Origin: an uncultured Bacteroidales bacterium
GTDB lineage: Bacteria > Bacteroidota > Bacteroidia > Bacteroidales > Paludibacteraceae
Assembly: GCA_946414805.1 (NCBI GenBank)
Contig: CAMKPZ010000002.1
Span: 302,617-366,616 of the forward strand
Direction of reading: 5' to 3'
DNA: 64,000 bases
Shown: positions 19,285 to 26,439 of the stretch, piece after piece
Layout: each line of letters begins with the position of its first letter
Numbering within the stretch: position 1 is the first letter of the stretch
Translations under genes and position numbers: made by a program
The notes under the pieces: model-generated
The model's database searches: none
The model's input: the letters and a program-made list of their open reading frames with translations, nothing else
What the model was told of the DNA's origin: nothing

Positions 19285-20730
19285 TTATAGGTCGATTCTT
19301 TCTTTTTCTTTGCGGGTTTGTATTCTTTTGGCGGGAGCGTTAGCCGGTCCGCCGTTCTGAATAGCGGTGGAACCGACCAGATTGATAGATGAGCCATTCA
19401 ATGCTTTACCCCTTATGTTCCATCCTTTGGCACTGACCGTCATCTCTCCTTCTGCGATCATCCATTGTGCGGAGGGCACTAAATAACCCTGATTGAGATA
19501 ACTCAGCGAGGTGAAATAGAATACACTGCCGTCGATGGTGAAAGTCTCGTCGTCGCGGAATCCTGCCATCACTGTGCCTGCTTCTCCGCTGTTGTTGATC
19601 GCATATGTGCCTTCCGGAATGGCTGTGGCTTCCGCGTCTGTGAAGAGATAGAGGAAGGCGAACGGTACGCACACCGTGCCGCCGATCGTTACGGTGCTGG
19701 CGGTATTATAGGCTTGTATCGTCCATAGTTTCTTGCCTTGATAGTTCTCATACCATCCGGTCGCATTGTTCAGAGTCTCGTTCTTGTTATTGGAGAACGT
19801 ACCCGGTCCGGAGGTTGCGTCCGGCTCCGGATAATAGTCGGCTACCGGCACAGGAGTGATACCTCCGTGCAGGATGTCTGCGCCGCCTTGCGTACCGGCT
19901 ACCACCGGTTTCTGCTCCGCTTGTACCACCGGCTTGAAGTCTTCGCTCAGGAAGGCTACTACCATGCAGTTCTCGGCTACCCATTCGTCTTTGATTGTCG
20001 TTGCCAGCTCTACCTCGTAATGGCGTGTGCTGTCTTCGGTCACCTCGATGGCATCGCCTTTGGCGGCAGTCAGGAAGGCGCGCACCGCATTAGCGTGGCG
20101 GAACTCCTGCCATCCTTCGTAGGTGTTGTAATAGTCCGCCTGCGTGTCGATCATGCCGGACTCTTTTACAACCACGGTCAGTTTCAGATTGCCGTAATCG
20201 CGCTTGCCGATCAGACCCGATACACGTACTTTCAGTTCTCGGGTGCTCTCGTCGAACTCATTGGCAATATTGATGGTGGCATAGGTGGTGGTGGCGAACT
20301 GCGATTTGTCGGCATCAGGCAGATAGCCCGGATGGAAGACAATCTTATTTCCGTCTGCGGTTCTCGTCTTTGCACGGTCGATAGCCGCACTCGGAGCGCC
20401 GCTTACGCCTAATGCGCTGGTGATCGTCTTACTGCCGGATACGGAGAAATGGTCTGCCGCATAGCCGTAATGGTGCAGAATCAGCACCCAGTTGGTGTCG
20501 TTGCCCATAAACTCATGAATGCCGTCCATGCCATAGGGACAGTAGCCGCACCCTTGCCCCGTGAACTCCTCAATGAGGTGTTTCTTTGGTACGGTGAAAT
20601 CGGCAATCGTGTCGGTGCCTACTGCGGTGCTGTCGGTCGGTTGGTTCGGCTGCTCCGGTTGGTTTTTCGGTTCGCAGGCTGTCAGAGCCAGCATAGCAAT
20701 GCTCGTCAGAGCGATAAAAATCTTTTTCAT
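19285..20730 (-). CDS. CxxC thioredoxin-fold lipoprotein (Omp28-related?)
   Basis: Lipoprotein signal MKKIFIALTSIAMLALTAC. EEFTGQGCGYCPYG motif resembles Omp28-type lipoproteins as I recall them. Confidence 0.5.
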   Translation of the reverse strand: MKKIFIALTSIAMLALTACEPKNQPEQPNQPTDSTAVGTDTIADFTVPKKHLIEEFTGQGCGYCPYGMDGIHEFMGNDTNWVLILHHYGYAADHFSVSGSKTITSALGVSGAPSAAIDRAKTRTADGNKIVFHPGYLPDADKSQFATTTYATINIANEFDESTRELKVRVSGLIGKRDYGNLKLTVVVKESGMIDTQADYYNTYEGWQEFRHANAVRAFLTAAKGDAIEVTEDSTRHYEVELATTIKDEWVAENCMVVAFLSEDFKPVVQAEQKPVVAGTQGGADILHGGITPVPVADYYPEPDATSGPGTFSNNKNETLNNATGWYENYQGKKLWTIQAYNTASTVTIGGTVCVPFAFLYLFTDAEATAIPEGTYAINNSGEAGTVMAGFRDDETFTIDGSVFYFTSLSYLNQGYLVPSAQWMIAEGEMTVSAKGWNIRGKALNGSSINLVGSTAIQNGGPANAPAKRIQTRKEKERIDL

Positions 20731-20751
20731 TGTGTCTATAAGTTGATGGGT

Positions 20752-21300
20752 TTATTGTATCTTTTGTCCTTGAAGATCGTACAACTGTCCGTTGTACTTC
20801 AAATAGAGAACGCCGTTCTCAATGACCTTTGTACTTTGTACATTGTCCCCTTGTACATTCTCTATTCCTTGCGCCCCGTAGATATAATGTACGGTGAGCG
20901 TGCGTGTCTCGCTCGCGTCGGCGAAAGTATAAGTGATCGTCTCGTTCGATCCTTCCGCAGGCGCGTAGTGTATAAACCAGTTGGCGATGCCTTCCGGCGT
21001 GAACGCTAACTCTTCTTTCTGTTCGCCGTTGCCGCCGGTGCACAATCCTGCGCAGCAGAACTCGTCTTCTATCGCGGTGGCGGACCGCTCGATCGCCACT
21101 TTCAGTGCTCCGTTGCTCAGCAGCGTGCCGTTGATAGCCATCTGCATATCGCCTGTCAGCGGATCTTCTTCCGCTTCCGTCAGAGTGATCTCCATGCCTC
21201 CGGCAGGGATCTCTCCTTGACCTTCTACGTTTACAATCAGCGCATTAGCGTTCGTCGCTATCATTGCGGCGAACATCATAATAATCCAGTTTCGTTTCAT
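20752..21300 (-). CDS. secreted hypothetical protein with short conserved C-terminal tail
   Basis: ATG at 21300 gives the signal peptide MKRNWIIMMFAAMIATNANA. The ORF-track start at 21333 is a TTG. C-terminus is KVIENGVLYLKYNGQLYDLQGQKIQ. Confidence 0.55.
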   Translation of the reverse strand: MKRNWIIMMFAAMIATNANALIVNVEGQGEIPAGGMEITLTEAEEDPLTGDMQMAINGTLLSNGALKVAIERSATAIEDEFCCAGLCTGGNGEQKEELAFTPEGIANWFIHYAPAEGSNETITYTFADASETRTLTVHYIYGAQGIENVQGDNVQSTKVIENGVLYLKYNGQLYDLQGQKIQ

Positions 21301-22105
21301 AAGCTTGTAATATATGGTTGTCGTTTTTGTCAATGATCATCGCTACGAGGGAGCATTGTTCAGCCCGGCAGGTGTCGGGTATCTGCATCTTGCCGGAGAG
21401 GGTACGTATCGTCCCGTCGATCGTCATGGGTTCGCCCCAGGGTTTGTCATTCAGCGTACTGCGCAGCACATGGCGGTGCACGTAATCGTTCCTGACGCTT
21501 CCGTCCGGCATAGCCTGCATGCCTTGGATACTGTCTGCCACCAGCCATACAGCGATCCGTACATCTGTCTTCTCCTGCGCCTGCGCGAACACGTGTACAT
21601 TTATATCGCGCGTAAGAGTGTCTGCCATTGCCGTCATCGTCATGCTCGGCGCAACCGTATCTTCCATCGCCTGCACCATCAGTGCCGGCCATTCTGCGTT
21701 GTCAAAGAAATACTTGCCTTCGCGTGGTGTGAGATCGATATTACCGGTCGGGAAAGGAGTCGATTCGTTTCCGCCCATGTATTGATAGATGCTGTCCGCT
21801 GCCGGACAGGTGTAGTCGTATTCTTTCTTGCCCTGCGTGAAATGGTTGGAAGCGGGGTGGAGTGCTACCACGATCAGGTTCCCGCCGTATATCTCATGCA
21901 GCGCCTGTGCCTGCTGCGCAGCAGTCGGACAGTTCACGCACCGGAAGCCCGTGAACTCTAAGAGTACGTGCTTCCGTCCGCTTGTGATCCCGCCGGCTAC
22001 AGGGATCAACTGTTCCCCTTCGCCGATCACTTCGCATCCCGTCATCAGCACCGCTATAGCGATGAAGACTAAGGAAATAATATGTGTATGTCTGTGTCTC
22101 GTAAT
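21245..22105 (-). CDS. CxxC thioredoxin-fold lipoprotein (Omp28-related?), start codon uncertain
   Basis: LEFTGFRCVNCP motif. A good lipoprotein signal KITRHRHTHIISLVFIAIAVLMTGC has no ATG/GTG/TTG at its head, so 22105 is an in-frame ATT. The only upstream ATG (22246) lies inside the previous gene and reads through repeat DNA. Later options are GTG 22051 and ATG 22045. Confidence 0.55.
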   Translation of the reverse strand: MTRHRHTHIISLVFIAIAVLMTGCEVIGEGEQLIPVAGGITSGRKHVLLEFTGFRCVNCPTAAQQAQALHEIYGGNLIVVALHPASNHFTQGKKEYDYTCPAADSIYQYMGGNESTPFPTGNIDLTPREGKYFFDNAEWPALMVQAMEDTVAPSMTMTAMADTLTRDINVHVFAQAQEKTDVRIAVWLVADSIQGMQAMPDGSVRNDYVHRHVLRSTLNDKPWGEPMTIDGTIRTLSGKMQIPDTCRAEQCSLVAMIIDKNDNHILQAYETKLDYYDVRRNDSDER

Positions 22106-22117
22106 CTTTTGTCTTTC

Positions 22118-22192
22118 TGTTTTCTTCTTTGAGCGGCCTCGCCGCGTTCTTTCGACTTTCGACTTTGAGCGAAGCGTTCTTTCGACTTTCAG
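22118..22192. repeat. heptamer-periodic element (CTTTCGA units flanking GAGCGG-CCT-CGCCGC and GAGCGAAGCG hairpin cores)
   Basis: Read directly. Overlaps the stop of the OMP gene (22189-22191). Confidence 0.85.
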
Positions 22193-23919
22193 AATGTATA
22201 TGTATAATTGACCGCTACGCCTTCCTGCCGCGGAACGTACCGGCACACGCCGCCTACGCAGTTATGCCCTTCGCGCGTCTTGGTGTAACCTAAACTCACA
22301 TGGTGACCGCCGTAGGTGTAGGTGCCGTTCACCGTGTAGAAATGTTCGTTCGTCGCTTCGGCTGTGCCGCCTATGTTGTACATCCATTGTCCGCTGATCA
22401 TCCAGTGGCGGTAGAGGCTCAACTCGCATAAGGCGAAGATCCACTGCCCCTGATAGTCCCGCGACCAGGCGTATTGGAGCTCTCCGCGTACCGATACATC
22501 CTTATGCGCCTGCACCCGTGTGTCGATGACAGCGATGCCTGATCGGATGAATCCGCCCGAGCCTTCTATCACCAGCCGGTTGTAGTTCTGGTACATCACC
22601 ATGGCGTTGAGCCACCACCGTTTGGTGATCCGTTTGTTCAGTTCGATATTCACATCCGTGTAGTATTCGCCGTCCGCTCCTTTGGCGATCGCCCAACTGC
22701 CCGGTTGCTCCAGTCCCCGTATATGTGCGGCGCTCAGCTTGAGGGTGGTGCCGTACCGTCCGCCCATCTTCGTCTTCCGCGCCCAACTGTAACGCACCTC
22801 CGCCTGGAATGCCCATTCGCCGTCCGCGTAACGCGTAGCGTAGGGATATAAGGCGGCTAAAGCGTACGTATGCTGGGGCGCAAAGGCAGGCATGTTGTTC
22901 AGCCGTCCGGCGATGCCTGTCCGGAGACGCTCCGAGCGGAAAGCCATGTTGTCCGACCGCTTCACCTGAGCCAGCACCGAGAAGCCTTTCTGCGAGTACG
23001 ATCCGCTGATGAATAACGCTTCTCCGGCGCGGTAACTGAACCCGTTGTCCAGACAAGGGTCATTCGCCTTGCGTGCGTATTCCGCCAGGAGGTTCCATCC
23101 GCCCATCTGCCATTCCGCACGCACTTCGCCTGCTCCTACCCATCGCGGCAGGTTGTATAGATAGAGCGCCCCGTCTATAGGTTTGATGATCGTGTCGAAC
23201 GCCTCGTATTTGGATACATAACTGCCGCCGATAGTCATACGCATGTCGCGTGTCTGCATCGCCGGCACCCATTGTTCGATATGCAGTTCCAGGTCGCCGC
23301 CGATCGTGGCGTCACGCCCGTAGTTCCATCCGAAGGCATGGTCGTCGTAGCAACTCCAGTACCGCCGCTGCTTGCCGCCTATCGCGGTCAGCCGGATACC
23401 CTTGTACGGCTGCACTTCTATCTTCGCGCCGCGAAGCGATCCGTCAATGCCTAACGACCGCTCCTCATAGAGATTCAGGATCAGACCCGATCCGAACTGA
23501 CCGTACACATCGCCTATTGTGATCTCGCCCCAACTGAATGCGGCGGCAACGCTCAACCGGCTCATGCCGTATCCTCCGAAATCCAGCTCGTAACCCTTCA
23601 TCGGCCATTTCGTCAACTCCAAACGCGTTGAGACCCGCATCTCACGGAAAGTACTCTTTCGACTTTCTGCTTTCGGCTCTTGACTTTCTACTTTCGGCTC
23701 TTGACTTTCGACTCGCTGCCAATGTAGTGTCAGATCGACATATGAGTTGCTGTGATACATCACGGGGCTCCAGTCCAGCAGTCCTTCATGCTGAACCCCT
23801 CCGCTCACATACACGGTGTCTTTTGCTTCCGCCTTTGCCTCCGCCTTTGCTTCCGCCCTTGCCTCCGCTCTTGCCTCCGCCTTTGCCTCCGCGATCACCG
23901 CCAGTGCGATGAAGACCAA
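22189..23919 (-). CDS. predicted outer-membrane beta-barrel protein with in-frame repeat insertions
   Basis: Alternating beta-strand pattern and C-terminal …GVAVNYTYTF, typical of OMPs. N-terminal (AEAK/AEAR) repeats and a VESQEPK repeat. The track start is a TTG inside the signal-peptide h-region, so the true start is uncertain. Confidence 0.6.
   Translation of the reverse strand: MVFIALAVIAEAKAEARAEARAEAKAEAKAEAKDTVYVSGGVQHEGLLDWSPVMYHSNSYVDLTLHWQRVESQEPKVESQEPKAESRKSTFREMRVSTRLELTKWPMKGYELDFGGYGMSRLSVAAAFSWGEITIGDVYGQFGSGLILNLYEERSLGIDGSLRGAKIEVQPYKGIRLTAIGGKQRRYWSCYDDHAFGWNYGRDATIGGDLELHIEQWVPAMQTRDMRMTIGGSYVSKYEAFDTIIKPIDGALYLYNLPRWVGAGEVRAEWQMGGWNLLAEYARKANDPCLDNGFSYRAGEALFISGSYSQKGFSVLAQVKRSDNMAFRSERLRTGIAGRLNNMPAFAPQHTYALAALYPYATRYADGEWAFQAEVRYSWARKTKMGGRYGTTLKLSAAHIRGLEQPGSWAIAKGADGEYYTDVNIELNKRITKRWWLNAMVMYQNYNRLVIEGSGGFIRSGIAVIDTRVQAHKDVSVRGELQYAWSRDYQGQWIFALCELSLYRHWMISGQWMYNIGGTAEATNEHFYTVNGTYTYGGHHVSLGYTKTREGHNCVGGVCRYVPRQEGVAVNYTYTF
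23654..23716. repeat. 21-bp tandem repeat (3 heptamers) x2.7 inside the OMP gene
   Basis: GACTTTCTGCTTTCGGCTCTT / GACTTTCTACTTTCGGCTCTT / GACTTTCGACTCG… encoding VESQEPK-VESQEPK-AESRKS. Confidence 0.9.
23822..23893. repeat. 12-bp tandem repeat x6 inside the OMP gene (encodes AEAK/AEAR repeats)
   Basis: TTTGCYTCCGCC-type units read directly. Confidence 0.9.
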
Positions 23920-23952
23920 GGAAATAATATGTGTAAGCCTGTTATTCGTAAT

Positions 23953-24033
23953 CTTTCTACTTTTTGTCTCTCTACATCTCTCTACTTTGTCTTTCTACTT
24001 TCTACTTTGAGTGGCTCTGCCGCAGTCTCTCTC
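23953..24033. repeat. heptamer-periodic element (CTTTCTA units plus GAGTGGCTCTGCCGCA core) upstream of the OMP gene
   Basis: Read directly. Related to 22118-22192, 53521-53580 and 18690-18745. Confidence 0.8.
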
Positions 24034-24036
24034 GTA

Positions 24037-24127
24037 TCAATCCCGTGCCAATCCCGTGTCAATCCCGCATCCTACCTATACATATAATATATATAATTAT
24101 ATATATTATTCTGTGATTTTTATAAAT
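24037..24127 (+). repeat. about 90-bp dispersed element, copy 1 (AATCCCGTG repeats, CGCATCCTACC, pure A/T tract, GTGATTTT-ATAAA)
   Basis: Aligns by eye with 54201-54299 in the same orientation. Confidence 0.8.
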
Positions 24128-24142
24128 ATCCGAATAAATGTT

Positions 24143-24634
24143 CTATTTCGCGCAATCATAGATCTTTGATCCTATCTCAATCTCTTCGCCGTCGGTGTAA
24201 CCCGTCTGCTGATAGACGATCGTTCCCTTGCGGTCCAGAATAAACAGGTGCGGCACGTTCTGTACGTTCATGGCGCGTTTGAGCGTGCCGTTAGGATCCA
24301 GCAGCACATGGTATTCCCATCCGTTGCCGTCCACCAACGGACGCACTTTCTTGATATCCTGCGCCTGGTCGATTGACACGATATACATCTCCACACCGGT
24401 CTCTTCCTGCCATTCCGGATAGAGATCACTGATGGCTTTCAACTCGCGCATACACGGTTTGCACCACGTAGCGAAGAAAGAGATGATCACCGGTTTGCCT
24501 TTGCCCGCCAATGACGAAACGGCTATTTGTTTGCCGTCCATATCCTGAAGCGTCACCTCCGGCAATGCGGCTTGACAACCTAACCAGCACAGGGCTGCCA
24601 ACAGACTAATAATTACTCGTTTCATACTTATCAT
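24143..24634 (-). CDS. TlpA-family thiol:disulfide oxidoreductase (lipoprotein)
   Basis: Thioredoxin motif FFATWCKPC. Signal MISMKRVIISLLAALCWLGC. ATG at 24634 (or 24625) lies just downstream of a canonical promoter. The track start at 24736 lies upstream of that promoter. Confidence 0.85.
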   Translation of the reverse strand: MISMKRVIISLLAALCWLGCQAALPEVTLQDMDGKQIAVSSLAGKGKPVIISFFATWCKPCMRELKAISDLYPEWQEETGVEMYIVSIDQAQDIKKVRPLVDGNGWEYHVLLDPNGTLKRAMNVQNVPHLFILDRKGTIVYQQTGYTDGEEIEIGSKIYDCAK

Positions 24635-24649
24635 TGTATTATTCGGCTG

Positions 24650-24681
24650 CAAATTTACAGCTTTTTTTTGATATATGCAAA
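24650..24681 (-). promoter_or_regulatory. Bacteroides-type promoter of the tlpA-like gene
   Basis: Minus strand: TTTG (24681-24678), 20-nt spacer, TAAATTTG (24657-24650). ATG at 24634. Confidence 0.7.
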
Positions 24682-24729
24682 TCAATAAGTACCCAACAAG
24701 CTCTTTTTTTGCAGAAAATCGTGCACGTA

Positions 24730-24761
24730 CTTGCATATGTCAAAAAAAAGCAGTATCTTTG
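24730..24761 (+). promoter_or_regulatory. Bacteroides-type promoter of the MBL-fold hydrolase gene
   Basis: CTTG (24730-24733), 20-nt spacer, TATCTTTG (24754-24761). ATG at 24779. Confidence 0.65.
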
Positions 24762-24778
24762 CACGATTTTTTGTTAGC

Positions 24779-25618
24779 ATGGAGGAAAACGGGCTCATAT
24801 TCCGGTGTTTTGCCAGCGGTAGTAGCGGTAACTGCTACTATCTCGGTACGCGTCAGCGGGGAATACTCATTGACGCCGGTATCTCTGCGCGCCAGATCCA
24901 GAAGTGCCTGCGGGATATGGGCTTGGATTTCAAGAATATCATGGGCGTTCTCATCACGCACGATCATGCGGATCACATACGCGCGGTAGGTACATTAGGA
25001 GAACGCGTGAAGCTGCCGATCTACGCGACTCCGTTGATCCATGAGGGCATCGATCATAACTACGGCGTACGCGAGAAACTGCGCACGAGCCGCCGCTATT
25101 TCGAGAAAGGGGTGGAGTGGCACCTCTCCGGCATGACGATCAACACCTTCGGCGTGGAGCATGACTCCACAGACTGCCTCGGCTATTGCATTGATTATCT
25201 GGGGCAACGGTTCGTACTGATCACCGATTGCGGTTCCGCCAACGAGGAGATAGAGGCCTATATCCGTACGGCGAACCATCTGGTGATAGAGGCGAACCAC
25301 GACGAGCACATGCTTCTGAACGGTCCGTACCCGACTTATCTCAAGGAGCGTATTCTCTCTCCGCGAGGCCATCAGAGCAACGACACCTGCGGTGCTCTGC
25401 TCGAACGCAACTGGCACCCCGAGCTGCGTAATGTGTGGTTATGCCATCTGTCGTTGGAGAACAACGATCCGCAACTCGCCTACGACACCGTGAAATCCTA
25501 CCTCGAGGAGATAGAAATCATCCCCGGACAGGATATTTTCCTCAAACCACTCGACCGGCTCACACCCAGTCCCGTCTATGAACTCAATGATAAGGTGATT
25601 GGTACTTGTGAATTGTAA
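24779..25618 (+). CDS. MBL-fold metallo-hydrolase
   Basis: HxHxDH motif (ITHDHADH). N-terminus FASGSSGNCYYLG is typical of YycJ-like MBL proteins. ATG at 24779 is 18 nt after the promoter -7 box. Confidence 0.85.
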   Translation: MEENGLIFRCFASGSSGNCYYLGTRQRGILIDAGISARQIQKCLRDMGLDFKNIMGVLITHDHADHIRAVGTLGERVKLPIYATPLIHEGIDHNYGVREKLRTSRRYFEKGVEWHLSGMTINTFGVEHDSTDCLGYCIDYLGQRFVLITDCGSANEEIEAYIRTANHLVIEANHDEHMLLNGPYPTYLKERILSPRGHQSNDTCGALLERNWHPELRNVWLCHLSLENNDPQLAYDTVKSYLEEIEIIPGQDIFLKPLDRLTPSPVYELNDKVIGTCEL

Positions 25619-25642
25619 ATTGTAAATTGTGAATTGATAACA
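25594..25642. repeat. heptamer tandem array x7 (GGTGATT GGTACTT GTGAATT GTAAATT GTAAATT GTGAATT GATAACA)
   Basis: Read directly. Contains the MBL-hydrolase stop (25616-25618) and abuts the GT2 ATG (25642). Reverse complement of the AATTNAC units at 15295. Confidence 0.9.
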
Positions 25643-26376
25643 TGGAACGACTGGTAATCATCCCTACTTATAACGAGAAGGAGAATATCGAGGCGATCAT
25701 TACGGCTGTGATGGATCTGCCGATTGAGTTTAATGTGCTGGTGATCGACGACGGTTCGCCGGACGGTACGGCAGCGATCGTGAAGGGTCTGATGGCGGGC
25801 CGGTACAAGGACCGTCTCTTTATCATCGAGCGCTCCGGCAAACTCGGTCTCGGAACCGCTTATATCACCGGTTTCAAATGGGCGATCGAGCATAAGGCTA
25901 ATTATATCTTTGAGATGGATGCCGATTTCAGCCATAACCCGCAGGATCTGCTCAAACTCTACGACGCCTGTGCCAACCACGGTGCGGATCTGGCGATCGG
26001 CAGCCGTTATATCACGGGTGTGAACGTGGTGAACTGGCCGATGGGACGCGTGCTGATGTCTTATTTCGCATCCAAATACGTGCGTACCGTGCTGGGCGTG
26101 AAGATCAAAGACACCACCGCCGGTTTCGTCTGCTACAAGCGCCATACGCTCGAAACGATGGAACTTGACAAGATCCGCTTCAAAGGATACGCCTTCCAGA
26201 TCGAGATGAAGTTCACTGCCTATAAATGCGGCGCAAAAATCATCGAGGTGCCGATCATCTTCGTAAACCGCGTACTCGGTACCAGCAAGATGAGCGGAGG
26301 TATCTTCTCGGAGGCTCTCTTCGGCGTGATCAGGCTCAAGATAAGCAGCTGGTTCCGTAAATATCCTAAATTGTAA
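25642..26376 (+). CDS. polyprenol-phosphate glycosyltransferase (GT2, Dpm1-like)
   Basis: IIPTYNEKENI, DDGSPDGT and DADFSH motifs of dolichyl/polyprenyl-phosphate mannosyltransferase-like GT2 enzymes. Confidence 0.85.
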   Translation: MERLVIIPTYNEKENIEAIITAVMDLPIEFNVLVIDDGSPDGTAAIVKGLMAGRYKDRLFIIERSGKLGLGTAYITGFKWAIEHKANYIFEMDADFSHNPQDLLKLYDACANHGADLAIGSRYITGVNVVNWPMGRVLMSYFASKYVRTVLGVKIKDTTAGFVCYKRHTLETMELDKIRFKGYAFQIEMKFTAYKCGAKIIEVPIIFVNRVLGTSKMSGGIFSEALFGVIRLKISSWFRKYPKL

Positions 26377-26439
26377 ATTCCGGTATCCCGACATGTCGGA
26401 ATATCGATATCTCGGAATAACGCTAAAACGAAAAAAGCA

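Noticed and set aside
21828-22211. Plus-strand small ORFs starting MKTKEIICV… (also 23816-24010), whose first 30 nt are the 29/30-identical conserved block
   Set aside because: Conservation could reflect a small hydrophobic peptide gene. However, similarity stops after about 10 codons. The same block on the minus strand encodes the h-region of signal peptides for two proteins that need one. No promoter precedes the plus-strand ATGs. Kept as an alternative in the leader finding.
21245-22246. Long N-terminal extension of the Omp28-like lipoprotein from the ATG at 22246 (MPVRSAAGRR…KVERTLRSKSKVERT…)
   Set aside because: The extension starts inside the preceding OMP gene and is a translation of the CTTTCGA/GCGAAGC repeat element. 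A 47-residue basic pre-sequence before a lipoprotein signal is implausible, though not excluded.
25576-26394. 272-aa minus-strand ORF antisense to the GT2 glycosyltransferase
   Set aside because: The plus-strand protein has all Dpm1-like motifs. The antisense ORF has none, and it begins in the heptamer array.
26377-26425. Hairpin/palindromes after the GT2 gene (ATTCCGGTATCCCGACATGTCGGAAT, ATATCGATAT) as a terminator or argS regulatory element
   Set aside because: The stem is plausible, but no T-run follows and I see no known leader motif. This is too weak to call.
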